Below, one piece after another: positions 46,858 to 55,754 of a stretch of 57,190 bases of DNA. The translations under genes were made by a program, and so were the position numbers. Position 1 is the stretch's first letter. Every line of letters starts with the position of its first letter. Source of the DNA: Acidobacteriota bacterium (GTDB lineage Bacteria; Acidobacteriota; UBA6911); assembly GCA_003225335.1 (NCBI GenBank), contig QHZE01000454.1, positions 1 through 57,190 on the forward strand, given 5' to 3'. A model generated the notes under the pieces. That model saw nothing but the letters and a program-made list of their open reading frames with translations, searched no databases and was not told the DNA's origin.

Positions 46858-48312
46858 ATGTTTGGCGAATTGAATGTGGCGTTTGTCTTCGTGGGCCTGG
46901 CAATGGCATTCATCCTGGCAATCTATGCCGTAGCCCGGCGCTACAAGAAAGTGGGTCCCAACCAGGTAATGGTCATTTCCGGCCGGAAGTACAAGATAAA
47001 GACACCTGACGGCCGTGTTGAAGAAGTAGGATTCCGGATCCGGCGCGGCGGCGGTGCCTTCATTGTCCCGCTGCTGGAAAAAGTCGACCTGCTCAGCCTC
47101 GAGATTATGACGCTCGACGTCACGACTCCCGAGGTTTACACCAAGCCCGGCGTCCCGATTATCGTCGATGCCATCGCTCAGGTGAAGGTTGGAGGTGACG
47201 AGCAGTCGATCCGAACGGCCTCGGAGCAGTTTCTCGGAAAGAGCTCCGAACTGATCAAAGAAATCGCCCTCCAGACCGTCGAGGGCCACCTTCGGGCGAT
47301 CATCGGTACCATGACGACCGAAGACATTTACAAGAACCGCGACCAGTTCGCTTCCTCGGTCCAGGAGGTGGCCGTTTCCGACCTCGCCAACATGGGGTTG
47401 AAAATAGTCTCGTTCACCTTGAAGGACATCCGTGACAGTCACGGGTACCTGGACGCCCTGGGCAAGCCTCGGACTGCCGAGGTGAAGCGCGACGCTATCA
47501 TCGCTCAGGCGGAGGCGGATCGTGATGCTGCGATCAAGTCGGCACAGGCGCGACAGGCAGGGGAGATAGCCAAGTTCCAGGCAGAAACGCAAATTGCGGA
47601 AGCGCAGAAGAACTTCCTGCTGCAGAAAGCGGTTTTCGACGCAAAGACGAACGAAGCCAAGGCCCAGGCGGACCTTGCGTACGACCTTCAGCGCTTCAAG
47701 ACCAACCAGGCTCTGAAGAAAGAAGAGGTTCAGGTCTCAGTCGTGGAGAAGGAACAGCAGATTACCGTGCAAGAGAGAGAGATTCTCCGGCGCGAGAAGG
47801 AACTGGAAGCGACGGTCAAACGGCAGGCGGATGCCGAGCGCTACAAAGTCGAAACCGAAGCGGCCGCCACGCGGTTCAAATACGAAGCCGAGGCCCGCGG
47901 TCAGGCAGAGGCTCAGAAAGCGAAGGGTCTGGCGCAGGCGGAGGTAGTCAAGGCTACCGGTACCGCGGAGGCAGACGTAATTGCCCTCAAGGGCCGTGCC
48001 GAAGCCGATGCCATGGCCAAGAAGGCCGCGTCCTGGAAAGAATACAATGAGGCGGCCGTGATCCAGCTTGTGCTGCAGGCGTTGCCGGAGATCGCAAGAG
48101 CGGTTGCCGAGCCTCTCTCTAAGACGGACTCGATTACCATCGTCAACACGGGGGGCGACAGCGCCGGGGCGAGCAAGCTGACGCAGGATGTTTCCGTCAT
48201 CATGGCTCAATTACCTCCGATTATTCAGAACCTCGGAGGGATAGACCTGAAAAAACTTGTGGAACTGGTTCCCACCCTCAAGGCCGGCAAGCCAAAAAAG
48301 ATTGACGAATGA
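46858..48312 (+). CDS. Flotillin (SPFH/band 7) protein
   Basis: KKVGPNQVMVISG, LSLEIMTLDV, EGHLRAIIG, YLDALG and A/E-rich coiled-coil repeats. Confidence 0.93.
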   Translation: MFGELNVAFVFVGLAMAFILAIYAVARRYKKVGPNQVMVISGRKYKIKTPDGRVEEVGFRIRRGGGAFIVPLLEKVDLLSLEIMTLDVTTPEVYTKPGVPIIVDAIAQVKVGGDEQSIRTASEQFLGKSSELIKEIALQTVEGHLRAIIGTMTTEDIYKNRDQFASSVQEVAVSDLANMGLKIVSFTLKDIRDSHGYLDALGKPRTAEVKRDAIIAQAEADRDAAIKSAQARQAGEIAKFQAETQIAEAQKNFLLQKAVFDAKTNEAKAQADLAYDLQRFKTNQALKKEEVQVSVVEKEQQITVQEREILRREKELEATVKRQADAERYKVETEAAATRFKYEAEARGQAEAQKAKGLAQAEVVKATGTAEADVIALKGRAEADAMAKKAASWKEYNEAAVIQLVLQALPEIARAVAEPLSKTDSITIVNTGGDSAGASKLTQDVSVIMAQLPPIIQNLGGIDLKKLVELVPTLKAGKPKKIDE

Positions 48313-48396
48313 CGAATGACGATTGAACTACCTTAAGATTCTTCACTCGTCATTCGTCACTCGTCATTCGTCACTCGTCATTCGTCATTCGTCAAT
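48302..48396. repeat. AATGACG / TCGTCAT heptamer hairpin; overlaps the flotillin stop
   Basis: tgacgaatgacgaatgacg ... ctcgtcattcgtcactcgtcattcgtcactcgtcattcgtcattcgtca. Confidence 0.92.
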
Positions 48397-48399
48397 CCC

Positions 48400-49629
48400 A
48401 TGAGCGATCGACGTCAGGCGCGCGTCGCCCTTGCCATTCTGACCGGCATTAATTTCTTGAACTACATCGACCGGTATGTCCCGGCCGCAGTGTTCGAACC
48501 GATAAAACGGGAGCTGCACTTCAGCGATGCGCAGCTGGGCTGGACAATCTCGGCATTCATGGTCTCCTATTCGATCACATCGCCATTGTTCGGCAGGTTC
48601 GGCGACCTGTTCATCCGGAAACACGGGATTGCGGCCGGCGTGGCGCTCTGGAGCCTGGCAACCGCAGGAGCGGGGCTGGCCCGGAGTTTCTGGCAGATGT
48701 TCATTCCACGCTCTCTGGTGGGGGTGGGCGAAGCGGCCTATGCTACCATGGCCCCGGGGATCATCGCTGACTTCTATGAAGAGCAACGGCGAGGCCGGGC
48801 GCTCGCCGTGTTTTACGCCGCTATCCCGGCAGGCAGCGCGCTCGGTTTTGTCCTGGGAGGCCGTCTCTCCGAACTGTACGGTTGGAGAGCCGCTTTCTTT
48901 GCGGTCGGACTTCCCGGGCTGCTGTTTGCCGCCCTAGTGTTGGCCATTCAAGAACCACGCCGGGGGGCTGCAGACAGAGACCCGATATTTCCCCCTGGAG
49001 CGGTCCTCACACTGAGAGAAACGTATCGGATGCTGTGGAAAAACAGGGTCTATGGAGTAGTGACGGTGGGCTTCATCGCATACACCTTCGCCTTGGGAGG
49101 TCTGGTGGGTTGGATCCCCGCCTTTCTGGAACGGTACAACGGCATGACGACGGCCAGGGCCAACGAAGTCTTCGGTGCCATTACCGTCGTTTCAGGATTC
49201 TTGGGCACGTTCGCCGGAGGATTTCTAGGGGACTATCTGCTCCGGTACACCAGGCACTCGTATCTTTGGATTTCCGGCCTGTGCATGTTCGCGGGAGCTC
49301 CGATAACAGTGCTCGCGCTCAGCTCCCGCGACCCGGCAATTTTTCTGCCCGCCATTTTCACGGCGGAGTTCTTCCTGTTCCTGAACACCGGCCCCTTGAA
49401 TGCCGTTCTCTTGGGATGCGTCCCTGCCAATATTCGTGCCACGGCCATGGCCGTCAATATATTCTTCATCCACGCTCTCGGGGATTCTATTTCTCCTCCG
49501 ATCATCGGGATCTTGTCGGACCGGTTCGGCCTCTACCGCGCCACTTTGATCACACCGGCGATGATGCTTGTCAGCGGCGCAGTCCTCGCGTATGCCATCC
49601 GCGTGGAGAAATCCGTGGAGTCCCGGTAA
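48400..49629 (+). CDS. MFS transporter (Spinster-like)
   Basis: INFLNYIDR, GRFGDLFIRK, RSLVGVGEA, IADFY..RGRA; about 12 hydrophobic segments. Confidence 0.9.
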   Translation: MSDRRQARVALAILTGINFLNYIDRYVPAAVFEPIKRELHFSDAQLGWTISAFMVSYSITSPLFGRFGDLFIRKHGIAAGVALWSLATAGAGLARSFWQMFIPRSLVGVGEAAYATMAPGIIADFYEEQRRGRALAVFYAAIPAGSALGFVLGGRLSELYGWRAAFFAVGLPGLLFAALVLAIQEPRRGAADRDPIFPPGAVLTLRETYRMLWKNRVYGVVTVGFIAYTFALGGLVGWIPAFLERYNGMTTARANEVFGAITVVSGFLGTFAGGFLGDYLLRYTRHSYLWISGLCMFAGAPITVLALSSRDPAIFLPAIFTAEFFLFLNTGPLNAVLLGCVPANIRATAMAVNIFFIHALGDSISPPIIGILSDRFGLYRATLITPAMMLVSGAVLAYAIRVEKSVESR

Positions 49630-49666
49630 GGCACGCCGCGGCGAAACGAAAGTTGGTAACTTTGGG

Positions 49667-50728
49667 CTACTCCTGGAGGCGGGAATGCGGTAGGTCGTTG
49701 GGAGCATAGTAACCGGGCCGGGCCGAGACCACCACTCCGGATTGAGCCACGCGGGCCTGGATACGGCGATAGCTGCCGTCCTTTATCTTGTTCGAGGAAA
49801 CGTACCCGAGAGTGTACTGGCTTCTCAGTTCCTCATCCACTTCGGCATAGATGTTGTCCAGTTGCCCGAAATTGTTGGGATAGAGGACACGTCCCCCGGT
49901 TTCATAGGCGATTTTTCGCAGAGCGGCATCCGCCTCGGCGAAAACCTCGTGCGGGATACCCTCGTAGATTCGCTGCTGCGCCATATTGAACAGGATCGAC
50001 TGACGCACCGACTCGGTCTTGCTCACGACATAAATCATCGCCTCGGAGCGAACGGCGGCGTCCAGCATTCCCGAGTATCCGACGGAGCTGTCGTTGTCCA
50101 GTCCGTCACTCATGATGATCATGGCCTTCTTCTCTTGCACACCCTTGAAGACTTCCGTGCAGACGAGCCAGATGGCATCCCAGAGGGCGGTGTTCCCTTT
50201 GCAATAGACCGACGACAGGACCGCATCGACACGGCTGGAGCTGTTTCCCCAATCCATCTTGAGCCGGGCCTGCTCGTCAAAAGTGACCAGGGCGAACTTG
50301 TCTTCGGGTTTCAGATGCTCGATGAATTTCTTTGTCGAGTATTTGATAGAACCCCACTCGTAACGCACGCTCCCGCTCGTATCCAGGGCGATCGCGATAC
50401 GCGCCGGGACCCCCTCCTGGGCGAAGTAAAGAATCTCCTGCGGCTCCCCGTCTTCCAGGATTTGGAACGAGCTCTGCGGCAGCCCTTTCACAAACCCGCC
50501 GGCCGGCTTGCGCACGGTGACGGGCACGGTGACCAGATTCACTTCCACACCGATTTTGAACGGCTCCTGCCCTTTCTTCTCTTCCTGCTTCTGTTCCTGG
50601 GGCTGCGCCTTTTCCTGTGATATCGATAAGGGGCTCCAGCCGCCGGCCCCCAGGCACAAAAGAAGAGCCAGTGATCCTTCGGTTACACGCCGCCTGAACG
50701 GGCCCAGTTTCCATCTGTCATTTGTCAT
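49667..50728 (-). CDS. Exported VWA protein (acidobacterial VWFA-related type)
   Basis: FKIGVEVNLVTVPVTV, ILEDGEPQEI, DTSGSV, TALWDAI, MSDG, ETGG, ELRSQYTLGY, ARPGYYAP. Confidence 0.88.
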   Translation of the reverse strand: MTNDRWKLGPFRRRVTEGSLALLLCLGAGGWSPLSISQEKAQPQEQKQEEKKGQEPFKIGVEVNLVTVPVTVRKPAGGFVKGLPQSSFQILEDGEPQEILYFAQEGVPARIAIALDTSGSVRYEWGSIKYSTKKFIEHLKPEDKFALVTFDEQARLKMDWGNSSSRVDAVLSSVYCKGNTALWDAIWLVCTEVFKGVQEKKAMIIMSDGLDNDSSVGYSGMLDAAVRSEAMIYVVSKTESVRQSILFNMAQQRIYEGIPHEVFAEADAALRKIAYETGGRVLYPNNFGQLDNIYAEVDEELRSQYTLGYVSSNKIKDGSYRRIQARVAQSGVVVSARPGYYAPNDLPHSRLQE

Positions 50729-50823
50729 CGGTCATTCCGTAATTGATCGTTCTGCATCTGTTTTTGCGTGTTCCTCTCGGCGCTTCGTAATGCCTCAGAA
50801 GACGTGAAAAAATCAATCCGCCT

Positions 50824-50902
50824 GTAGGGGGCGACCCTGTGTGGTCGCCCGCCCAGCCAATAATAGCGGGCACTCGCGGGCGGCCACGCAGGGCCGCCCC
50901 TA
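50824..50902. repeat. GTAGGGG(G)CG...CGCCCCTA REP doublet
   Basis: gtagggggcgaccctgtgtggtcgccc ... gggcggccacgcagggccgccccta. Confidence 0.85.
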
Positions 50903-50979
50903 AGAACGGCGCAGCCTGAAGACCGAACTCCAAACTTGGCGAGCGCGTTAAATAAGGACACTCTTGGGTCTCCATACGC

Positions 50980-52395
50980 TCAGCGGGCGGCAAGCGCCGC
51001 CGGCAGTTTTTCGAAAATCCCGCCAAAGCCGCCGTTAGACAAGATGACGATCCAATCACCGGCGCGGGCTTCCTCGCAAACTTTCTGGATTATACCTTCC
51101 ACACTATCGAGATTCCAGGCCGCCCGGCCGGTCTGTCTCAAATCCGCGATCAACTGCGCGAGATCCAGACGCTCTCCGTCCGGGACCTTCTCGGGCCGGA
51201 ACAGCGCGGGGACGGCAACACAGTCCGCCAGGCTCAAAGCCTGGGCGATCTCCTTCTGAAAGAAGTTCCGGCGGCTGGTAGCGGAACGCGGTTCATAGAT
51301 CGCCCACAACCGCTTGGGGTGGAAAGCGTCGCGCAATGCCTGAAGCGTCTCACGCACGGCGGTGGGGTGGTGGGCGAAATCCTCGTAGATCCGGATTCCG
51401 TCAACCTCGGCGAGCAGTTGAAGCCGGCGGCGCACGCCAAGAAAGGCTTCCAGGCCGTCCCGGATGTCGTCTTCGGGAACACCGAGGCGATGCAGGACGG
51501 CCGTCGCCGCCAGAGCATTGCGAACGTTATAAACTCCGACCAGATCGAGACGCAATCTTCGGAAAAGTTTCTTCCGGTAGAGAACGTCGAAAGAGAGCTT
51601 GCCCCCTTCCATGGCAGTATCGCGCGTTCCCCAATCGTTCTCAGGGCTGAGTCCAAAGGTCTCGCTGAGGCAATACGTTTTGCGGCAGACCTCGAGTGCC
51701 ACAGGGCTGTCGGCGCCAACGGCGAGGTAACCGCGCTCCGGAATCAAATTGATGAAGCGCGAGAACTGAAGCCGTATTGCGTCCAGGTTCGGGTAAATAT
51801 CGGCATGGTCGAACTCTATGTTTCCCACTATCGCCACATTGGGGAGGTAGTGCATGAATTTCGGGCCCTTATCAAAAAAAGCGGAGTCGTATTCGTCGCC
51901 CTCCACGACGAAAGGCGCGCCTCCTTCCATCCGATAGCTGGATCGAAAGTTTTCCGCAATGCCGCCTATCAGGCAATTGGGACGGAAGCCCGCGAAGTGG
52001 AGCACCCATGCGATCATGGAAGTGGTCGTAGTTTTCCCATGGGTCCCGGTGACTACGACCGAAGTCTTGTCGCGCAGAAAAAAGTTCTTGAGCGCTTCCG
52101 GGAAGGAAGTGTAAGGGACTTTGAAGTTGAGAATGTATTCCACCTCGGCGTTGCCGCGTGAAACGGCATTTCCCACAACTGCCAGGTCGGGTTCCGGCTT
52201 CAGGTTTTCCACTCGATAACCCTGCATCACCTGAATCCCTTTGTCGGCGAGAAAGTCGCTCATAGGAGGATACACGCCCTCATCCGAGCCGGAAACCTGA
52301 TAACCGCTCTCTTTCAACATGGCGGCAAGAGAGGCCATACCTGTTCCGCAAATCCCAATGAAATGAATCCGCCTGATTTCGCTCTGTGAAAGCAT
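50980..52395 (-). CDS. mpl: UDP-MurNAc:L-Ala-gamma-D-Glu-meso-DAP ligase (murein recycling)
   Basis: IHFIGICGTGM, VTGTHGKTTT, VEGDEYDSAFFDKGPKF, EFDHADIY, GVRRR, EDFAHHPTA, YEPRS, SNGGFGG. Confidence 0.93.
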   Translation of the reverse strand: MLSQSEIRRIHFIGICGTGMASLAAMLKESGYQVSGSDEGVYPPMSDFLADKGIQVMQGYRVENLKPEPDLAVVGNAVSRGNAEVEYILNFKVPYTSFPEALKNFFLRDKTSVVVTGTHGKTTTTSMIAWVLHFAGFRPNCLIGGIAENFRSSYRMEGGAPFVVEGDEYDSAFFDKGPKFMHYLPNVAIVGNIEFDHADIYPNLDAIRLQFSRFINLIPERGYLAVGADSPVALEVCRKTYCLSETFGLSPENDWGTRDTAMEGGKLSFDVLYRKKLFRRLRLDLVGVYNVRNALAATAVLHRLGVPEDDIRDGLEAFLGVRRRLQLLAEVDGIRIYEDFAHHPTAVRETLQALRDAFHPKRLWAIYEPRSATSRRNFFQKEIAQALSLADCVAVPALFRPEKVPDGERLDLAQLIADLRQTGRAAWNLDSVEGIIQKVCEEARAGDWIVILSNGGFGGIFEKLPAALAAR

Positions 52396-52414
52396 CCTCG
52401 GACCCCCAGATAAC

Positions 52415-52479
52415 GCCTTCAGACCTCAGACCTCATCCAATTTCCCCGGTCTGAGGTCTGAAGTCTGAGGTCTGAAGGC
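52415..52479. repeat. CAGACCT / AGGTCTG heptamer hairpin
   Basis: gccttcagacctcagacctc ... ggtctgaggtctgaagtctgaggtctgaaggc. Confidence 0.9.
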
Positions 52480-52503
52480 CCTCTTTTATGGTACAAGAAT
52501 AGC

Positions 52504-52719
52504 ATGACATTCCCGCTGAAGGTCCTCCTGGAAGACGAAGCCCAGGCGGAGCGCGAGATCGAGCGGATATGCGAAAGCTTTGACATGGACTGTATCGACC
52601 TGAACCACGAGGCCTGCTGGCGGGGAGAGCGGGGTACCATGCCCTGCTGCGGTCTGGAAGTGGAATTCGAGAAGGTTCACGGTATCTGTCCTTTCCTCTG
52701 GTTCAAACACAACAGCTGA
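52504..52719 (+). CDS. Small acidic Cys-rich hypothetical protein (71 aa)
   Basis: ATG start, GC3-rich codons like neighbouring genes, lies in an otherwise empty gap divergent from mpl; six Cys and three His. Confidence 0.6.
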   Translation: MTFPLKVLLEDEAQAEREIERICESFDMDCIDLNHEACWRGERGTMPCCGLEVEFEKVHGICPFLWFKHNS

Positions 52720-52880
52720 AGGCGCCAGCCCCTCTGCAGCCTCGCGACTCCTCTGAAAATAGGTTTCGCCGACTGGCAAGTGCGGTGAGGGCACGACTGA
52801 AGCCGCGCCCTCCCGTTCTGACCTGTTTTCATTCGCTGTGGCGAGCCGCAGAATCATGGAAACTCTGTGGTGGAACCCCG

Positions 52881-53531
52881 TTATAGGCCGGCTCCCTGCT
52901 TCAATCGGCTTGCGATAGCCACACGGATCTCTGAAGTCAGAGTCGCGGCAGCCCCTTCAAATTCTTCTTTAGAGCCAGGCTCGAACCTGGGGCATGAGAC
53001 AGGCCGTAAATACTCCACCCGCACTTTGCGCGGTCGAGGAAACCACATCTTCGGGCTCCATACGTTTTCGCCCCCGTGGATCGCAACAGGAAGAACCGTT
53101 GCGCCGGTTTTGAGGGCCAACCGGGCGGCTCCCTCTTTAAAAGGTTGCAGCCGTCCATCCGCCGAACGGCCTCCTTCGGGAAAGACCATCAGGGCTTTTC
53201 CGCCTTTCAGCACTCGAAGAGCCGTCTTGTACGCGCTGGATTCCGGGTTCACAAGACTTACAGGAAAGGCTCCCAGCCAGCGCAATATTCTCCCCGCCAC
53301 AGGGATTGTGAAGATCTTGTCCCAGGCCATAAAGCAAACCGCGCGGCGCATCGGGACCCCAACCCAGAAAGGATCGAAGTAAGTCACATGGTTCGGCGCA
53401 ATGACAAGGGGGCCGTTCGCGGGTATGTTCCCGAGACCGTGGTGCTCGATGCGAAAGAGGACACGCATCGTGCCCATCAGGAATCCGCGGAACAGCTTTA
53501 CGGAGATCGCGTTACTTCCTTGATCGATCAT
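52881..53531 (-). CDS. plsC: 1-acyl-sn-glycerol-3-phosphate (lysophospholipid) acyltransferase
   Basis: APNHVTYFD (NHxxxxD), FPEGGRS, FKEGAARLA. Confidence 0.88.
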   Translation of the reverse strand: MIDQGSNAISVKLFRGFLMGTMRVLFRIEHHGLGNIPANGPLVIAPNHVTYFDPFWVGVPMRRAVCFMAWDKIFTIPVAGRILRWLGAFPVSLVNPESSAYKTALRVLKGGKALMVFPEGGRSADGRLQPFKEGAARLALKTGATVLPVAIHGGENVWSPKMWFPRPRKVRVEYLRPVSCPRFEPGSKEEFEGAAATLTSEIRVAIASRLKQGAGL

Positions 53532-53680
53532 TGACGTCACGTCGATCCTAAAGTGTAAGCTACTCCGCGTAAACTGCACAAAATGAAACCACCGATGCGC
53601 ACCGGTGAACTCAGATCCGTGTTATCTGTACTACTAACCAGCAAATTCTTGGCCGCCTCGAAAGAATTTATCCGGGTTTT

Positions 53681-53729
53681 CCTGGGAGCGCACGCTTCCA
53701 GCGTGCTCACGGTTTCGCGATTAACAGAG
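53681..53729 (+). repeat. 49-bp inverted repeat, left copy
   Basis: cctgggagcgcacgcttccagcgtgctcacggtttcgcgattaacagag is the exact reverse complement of 54787-54835; part of a local hairpin 53678-53757. Confidence 0.92.
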
Positions 53730-53980
53730 CACGCAAGATGCGTGCGCTCCCAGGAAACGTCCTCACCGGTCTGAATCTTTTTTTGGTTGCGGCTGGGCTG
53801 TTCTCTGAAATTCGTGGCGAGGCTTTTCTAAAAAACTCCTTGACTGTTGTGACAGAAGCCAATTACGTTTGAAGGCCCTCAGTTTTTCCCTCGAGTTTGA
53901 ATTCAAGTTCGAGCCAGACCTCGCTGTACGTCGATCCCTAAGGCTCTCTGCAACTACTTTCAAGCCTGGAGGGCTGGAGT

Positions 53981-54676
53981 GTGTCCAAGACACTCGAGGG
54001 CTTCAAATTCGGATTCTCCCCAATTCAAGCCGCAGATATCCTTTCCCTGAGCTCTGGGCGGGTTCCGTCGCTGGACGATTGGCCGCCTGAACAGCTGTCG
54101 CGGATGCGAGTGATATTCAGAAAATTGACCTCGATGCGAATCGTGAACCCCGAGGATGCGGAGGACGTTGTCCAGGAGACTTTTCTGACCATGGCAGAAA
54201 AGTTTCCGTGCGTCCGGCTTCAGAAGGGGCTTCTCGTGTGGGGTATGGGAATCTTGCGCCGCAAGGTCGGAAACTACTATCGCCGGCCAAACCGCACGGC
54301 CGGGCTGGATCAGGAAATAGTGGATGCGTCTGTATTGCGCGTCGTCCAGTCGCAGCCTTCGCCGGAGTCCCACTTCCGTCGCGCAGAGCTTCAGACGCTC
54401 GTGCAATCGCTCGTTCGGGAATTGCCGCCGAGGGAACGGATCGTGATGGATCTCGTTTTGGCGGGGCTGGCAACGCATGAGATCGTGGATCTTCATTATC
54501 CGGAACCCTATCAGAACGTCACGAACCGTATTCATCGCGCGCGCGGGCGGCTGCTCAAACGGCTTGCGAAATACGGTTACAGGGTGTACACACGGCGGGA
54601 AAAGAGTGGGCGAAAGCCCGCGGGGTGCGTCTCTGGACGGGGATCTTCCGGCAACGTCTCAAAGGGACACGGATGA
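53981..54676 (+). CDS. ECF-type RNA polymerase sigma-70 factor
   Basis: DAEDVVQETF (region 2.2), WGMGILRRKVGNYYRR, LPPRER, VTNRIHRARGRL (region 4.2); GTG start after ggagggctggag. Confidence 0.85.
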   Translation: MSKTLEGFKFGFSPIQAADILSLSSGRVPSLDDWPPEQLSRMRVIFRKLTSMRIVNPEDAEDVVQETFLTMAEKFPCVRLQKGLLVWGMGILRRKVGNYYRRPNRTAGLDQEIVDASVLRVVQSQPSPESHFRRAELQTLVQSLVRELPPRERIVMDLVLAGLATHEIVDLHYPEPYQNVTNRIHRARGRLLKRLAKYGYRVYTRREKSGRKPAGCVSGRGSSGNVSKGHG

Positions 54677-54786
54677 TCAGGGCGCGGCATAGCCCCGTAA
54701 CCATGAATGAAGCCACCGATGAACACAGCGCAGCCGAAGCCGCAAAAGGGTGAGGCCGCCTCCTGAGAGCGTCCCGCGCAGCGGGT

Positions 54787-54835
54787 CTCTGTTAATCGCG
54801 AAACCGTGAGCACGCTGGAAGCGTGCGCTCCCAGG
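54787..54835 (-). repeat. 49-bp inverted repeat, right copy
   Basis: Exact reverse complement of 53681-53729. Confidence 0.92.
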
Positions 54836-54893
54836 GATCACCGCCGAGACGCGGAGAACGCAGAAAAATCCTTTCCGGAAAGCGTCTCTCACT

Positions 54894-55457
54894 TCAAGAC
54901 GCGGCCCTGGCGCTTCTGCGCAGCCAGCGATAACCGAGTATTCCTCCGGCGAGAAGGAGCGGAATAAGCCAGAGCAAATAACCGGGAAGGGAGACAAGGT
55001 TCTCCCAGATCGTTCGGCCGAAGCGATAGGCCAGCACGGTGTAAAACGAAGACCAGAGGACCGCGCCGATAAAATTCAGAAAGCCGAAAACAACGGGCCG
55101 CATCCCGCCAACGCCGCACGCCGTCGAGATCGCGATACGCATTCCTGTCACGAAGCGGGAGACGAACGCCACGGCGGGACCGTATTTCTCCACCAGGACC
55201 TGCGCCTTCGGGTAGGCGCGCATGAACTTGCTGGAGCGCTGAAACAGCCGTAATCCGCAGAAGCGGGCAAAGTGGAAGTACGCCTGATCTCCGAGCGACC
55301 CTCCGAGCGCAGCTGACGCGATGACGGCCGGGAGCGAGAGGTACCCTTCACGTGCCAGCACGCCGCCCATGAGGGCGACTTCTTCTCCGCCGACCATGGC
55401 GAACAACACTATTCCCGCATATCCATAAGCTCGTACGTAATGCTCCAAAGTCCCCAT
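54894..55457 (-). CDS. dedA: DedA family membrane protein
   Basis: YGYAGI, GGEE, ALGGSLGDQAYF, YGPAVAFVSRFVTGMR, NFIGAVLW. Confidence 0.9.
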   Translation of the reverse strand: MGTLEHYVRAYGYAGIVLFAMVGGEEVALMGGVLAREGYLSLPAVIASAALGGSLGDQAYFHFARFCGLRLFQRSSKFMRAYPKAQVLVEKYGPAVAFVSRFVTGMRIAISTACGVGGMRPVVFGFLNFIGAVLWSSFYTVLAYRFGRTIWENLVSLPGYLLWLIPLLLAGGILGYRWLRRSARAAS

Positions 55458-55754
55458 GATTCACTTCTTGTCAGCTGAGATGCGGTGGGACAGGATTCTT
55501 TTTTTCATAAGTTAACCGGCCAATCTTCCTGGTCCAAGATAAAACGGGACGATTGGCCACTTCGATTAACCAAGCACGAGAAGCTGATCTGATGTATTTT
55601 CCCCCAGCTGTGCTTTGTTCTTGAGTCGAAAAAGTTCATTTTGGCTCCTGTGGAGCGAACGAATATGGCTTTCCTGCAATCGAGACAAGGTGGTTCTCAA
55701 AAAAAAATTGGTCAATTTTACAGGCTCCAATCTGGGCACCGATTAGCCGGTTAA

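Noticed and set aside
52486-52857. Minus-strand 123-aa ORF
   Set aside because: Antisense to the Cys-rich small ORF, which has more typical codon use.
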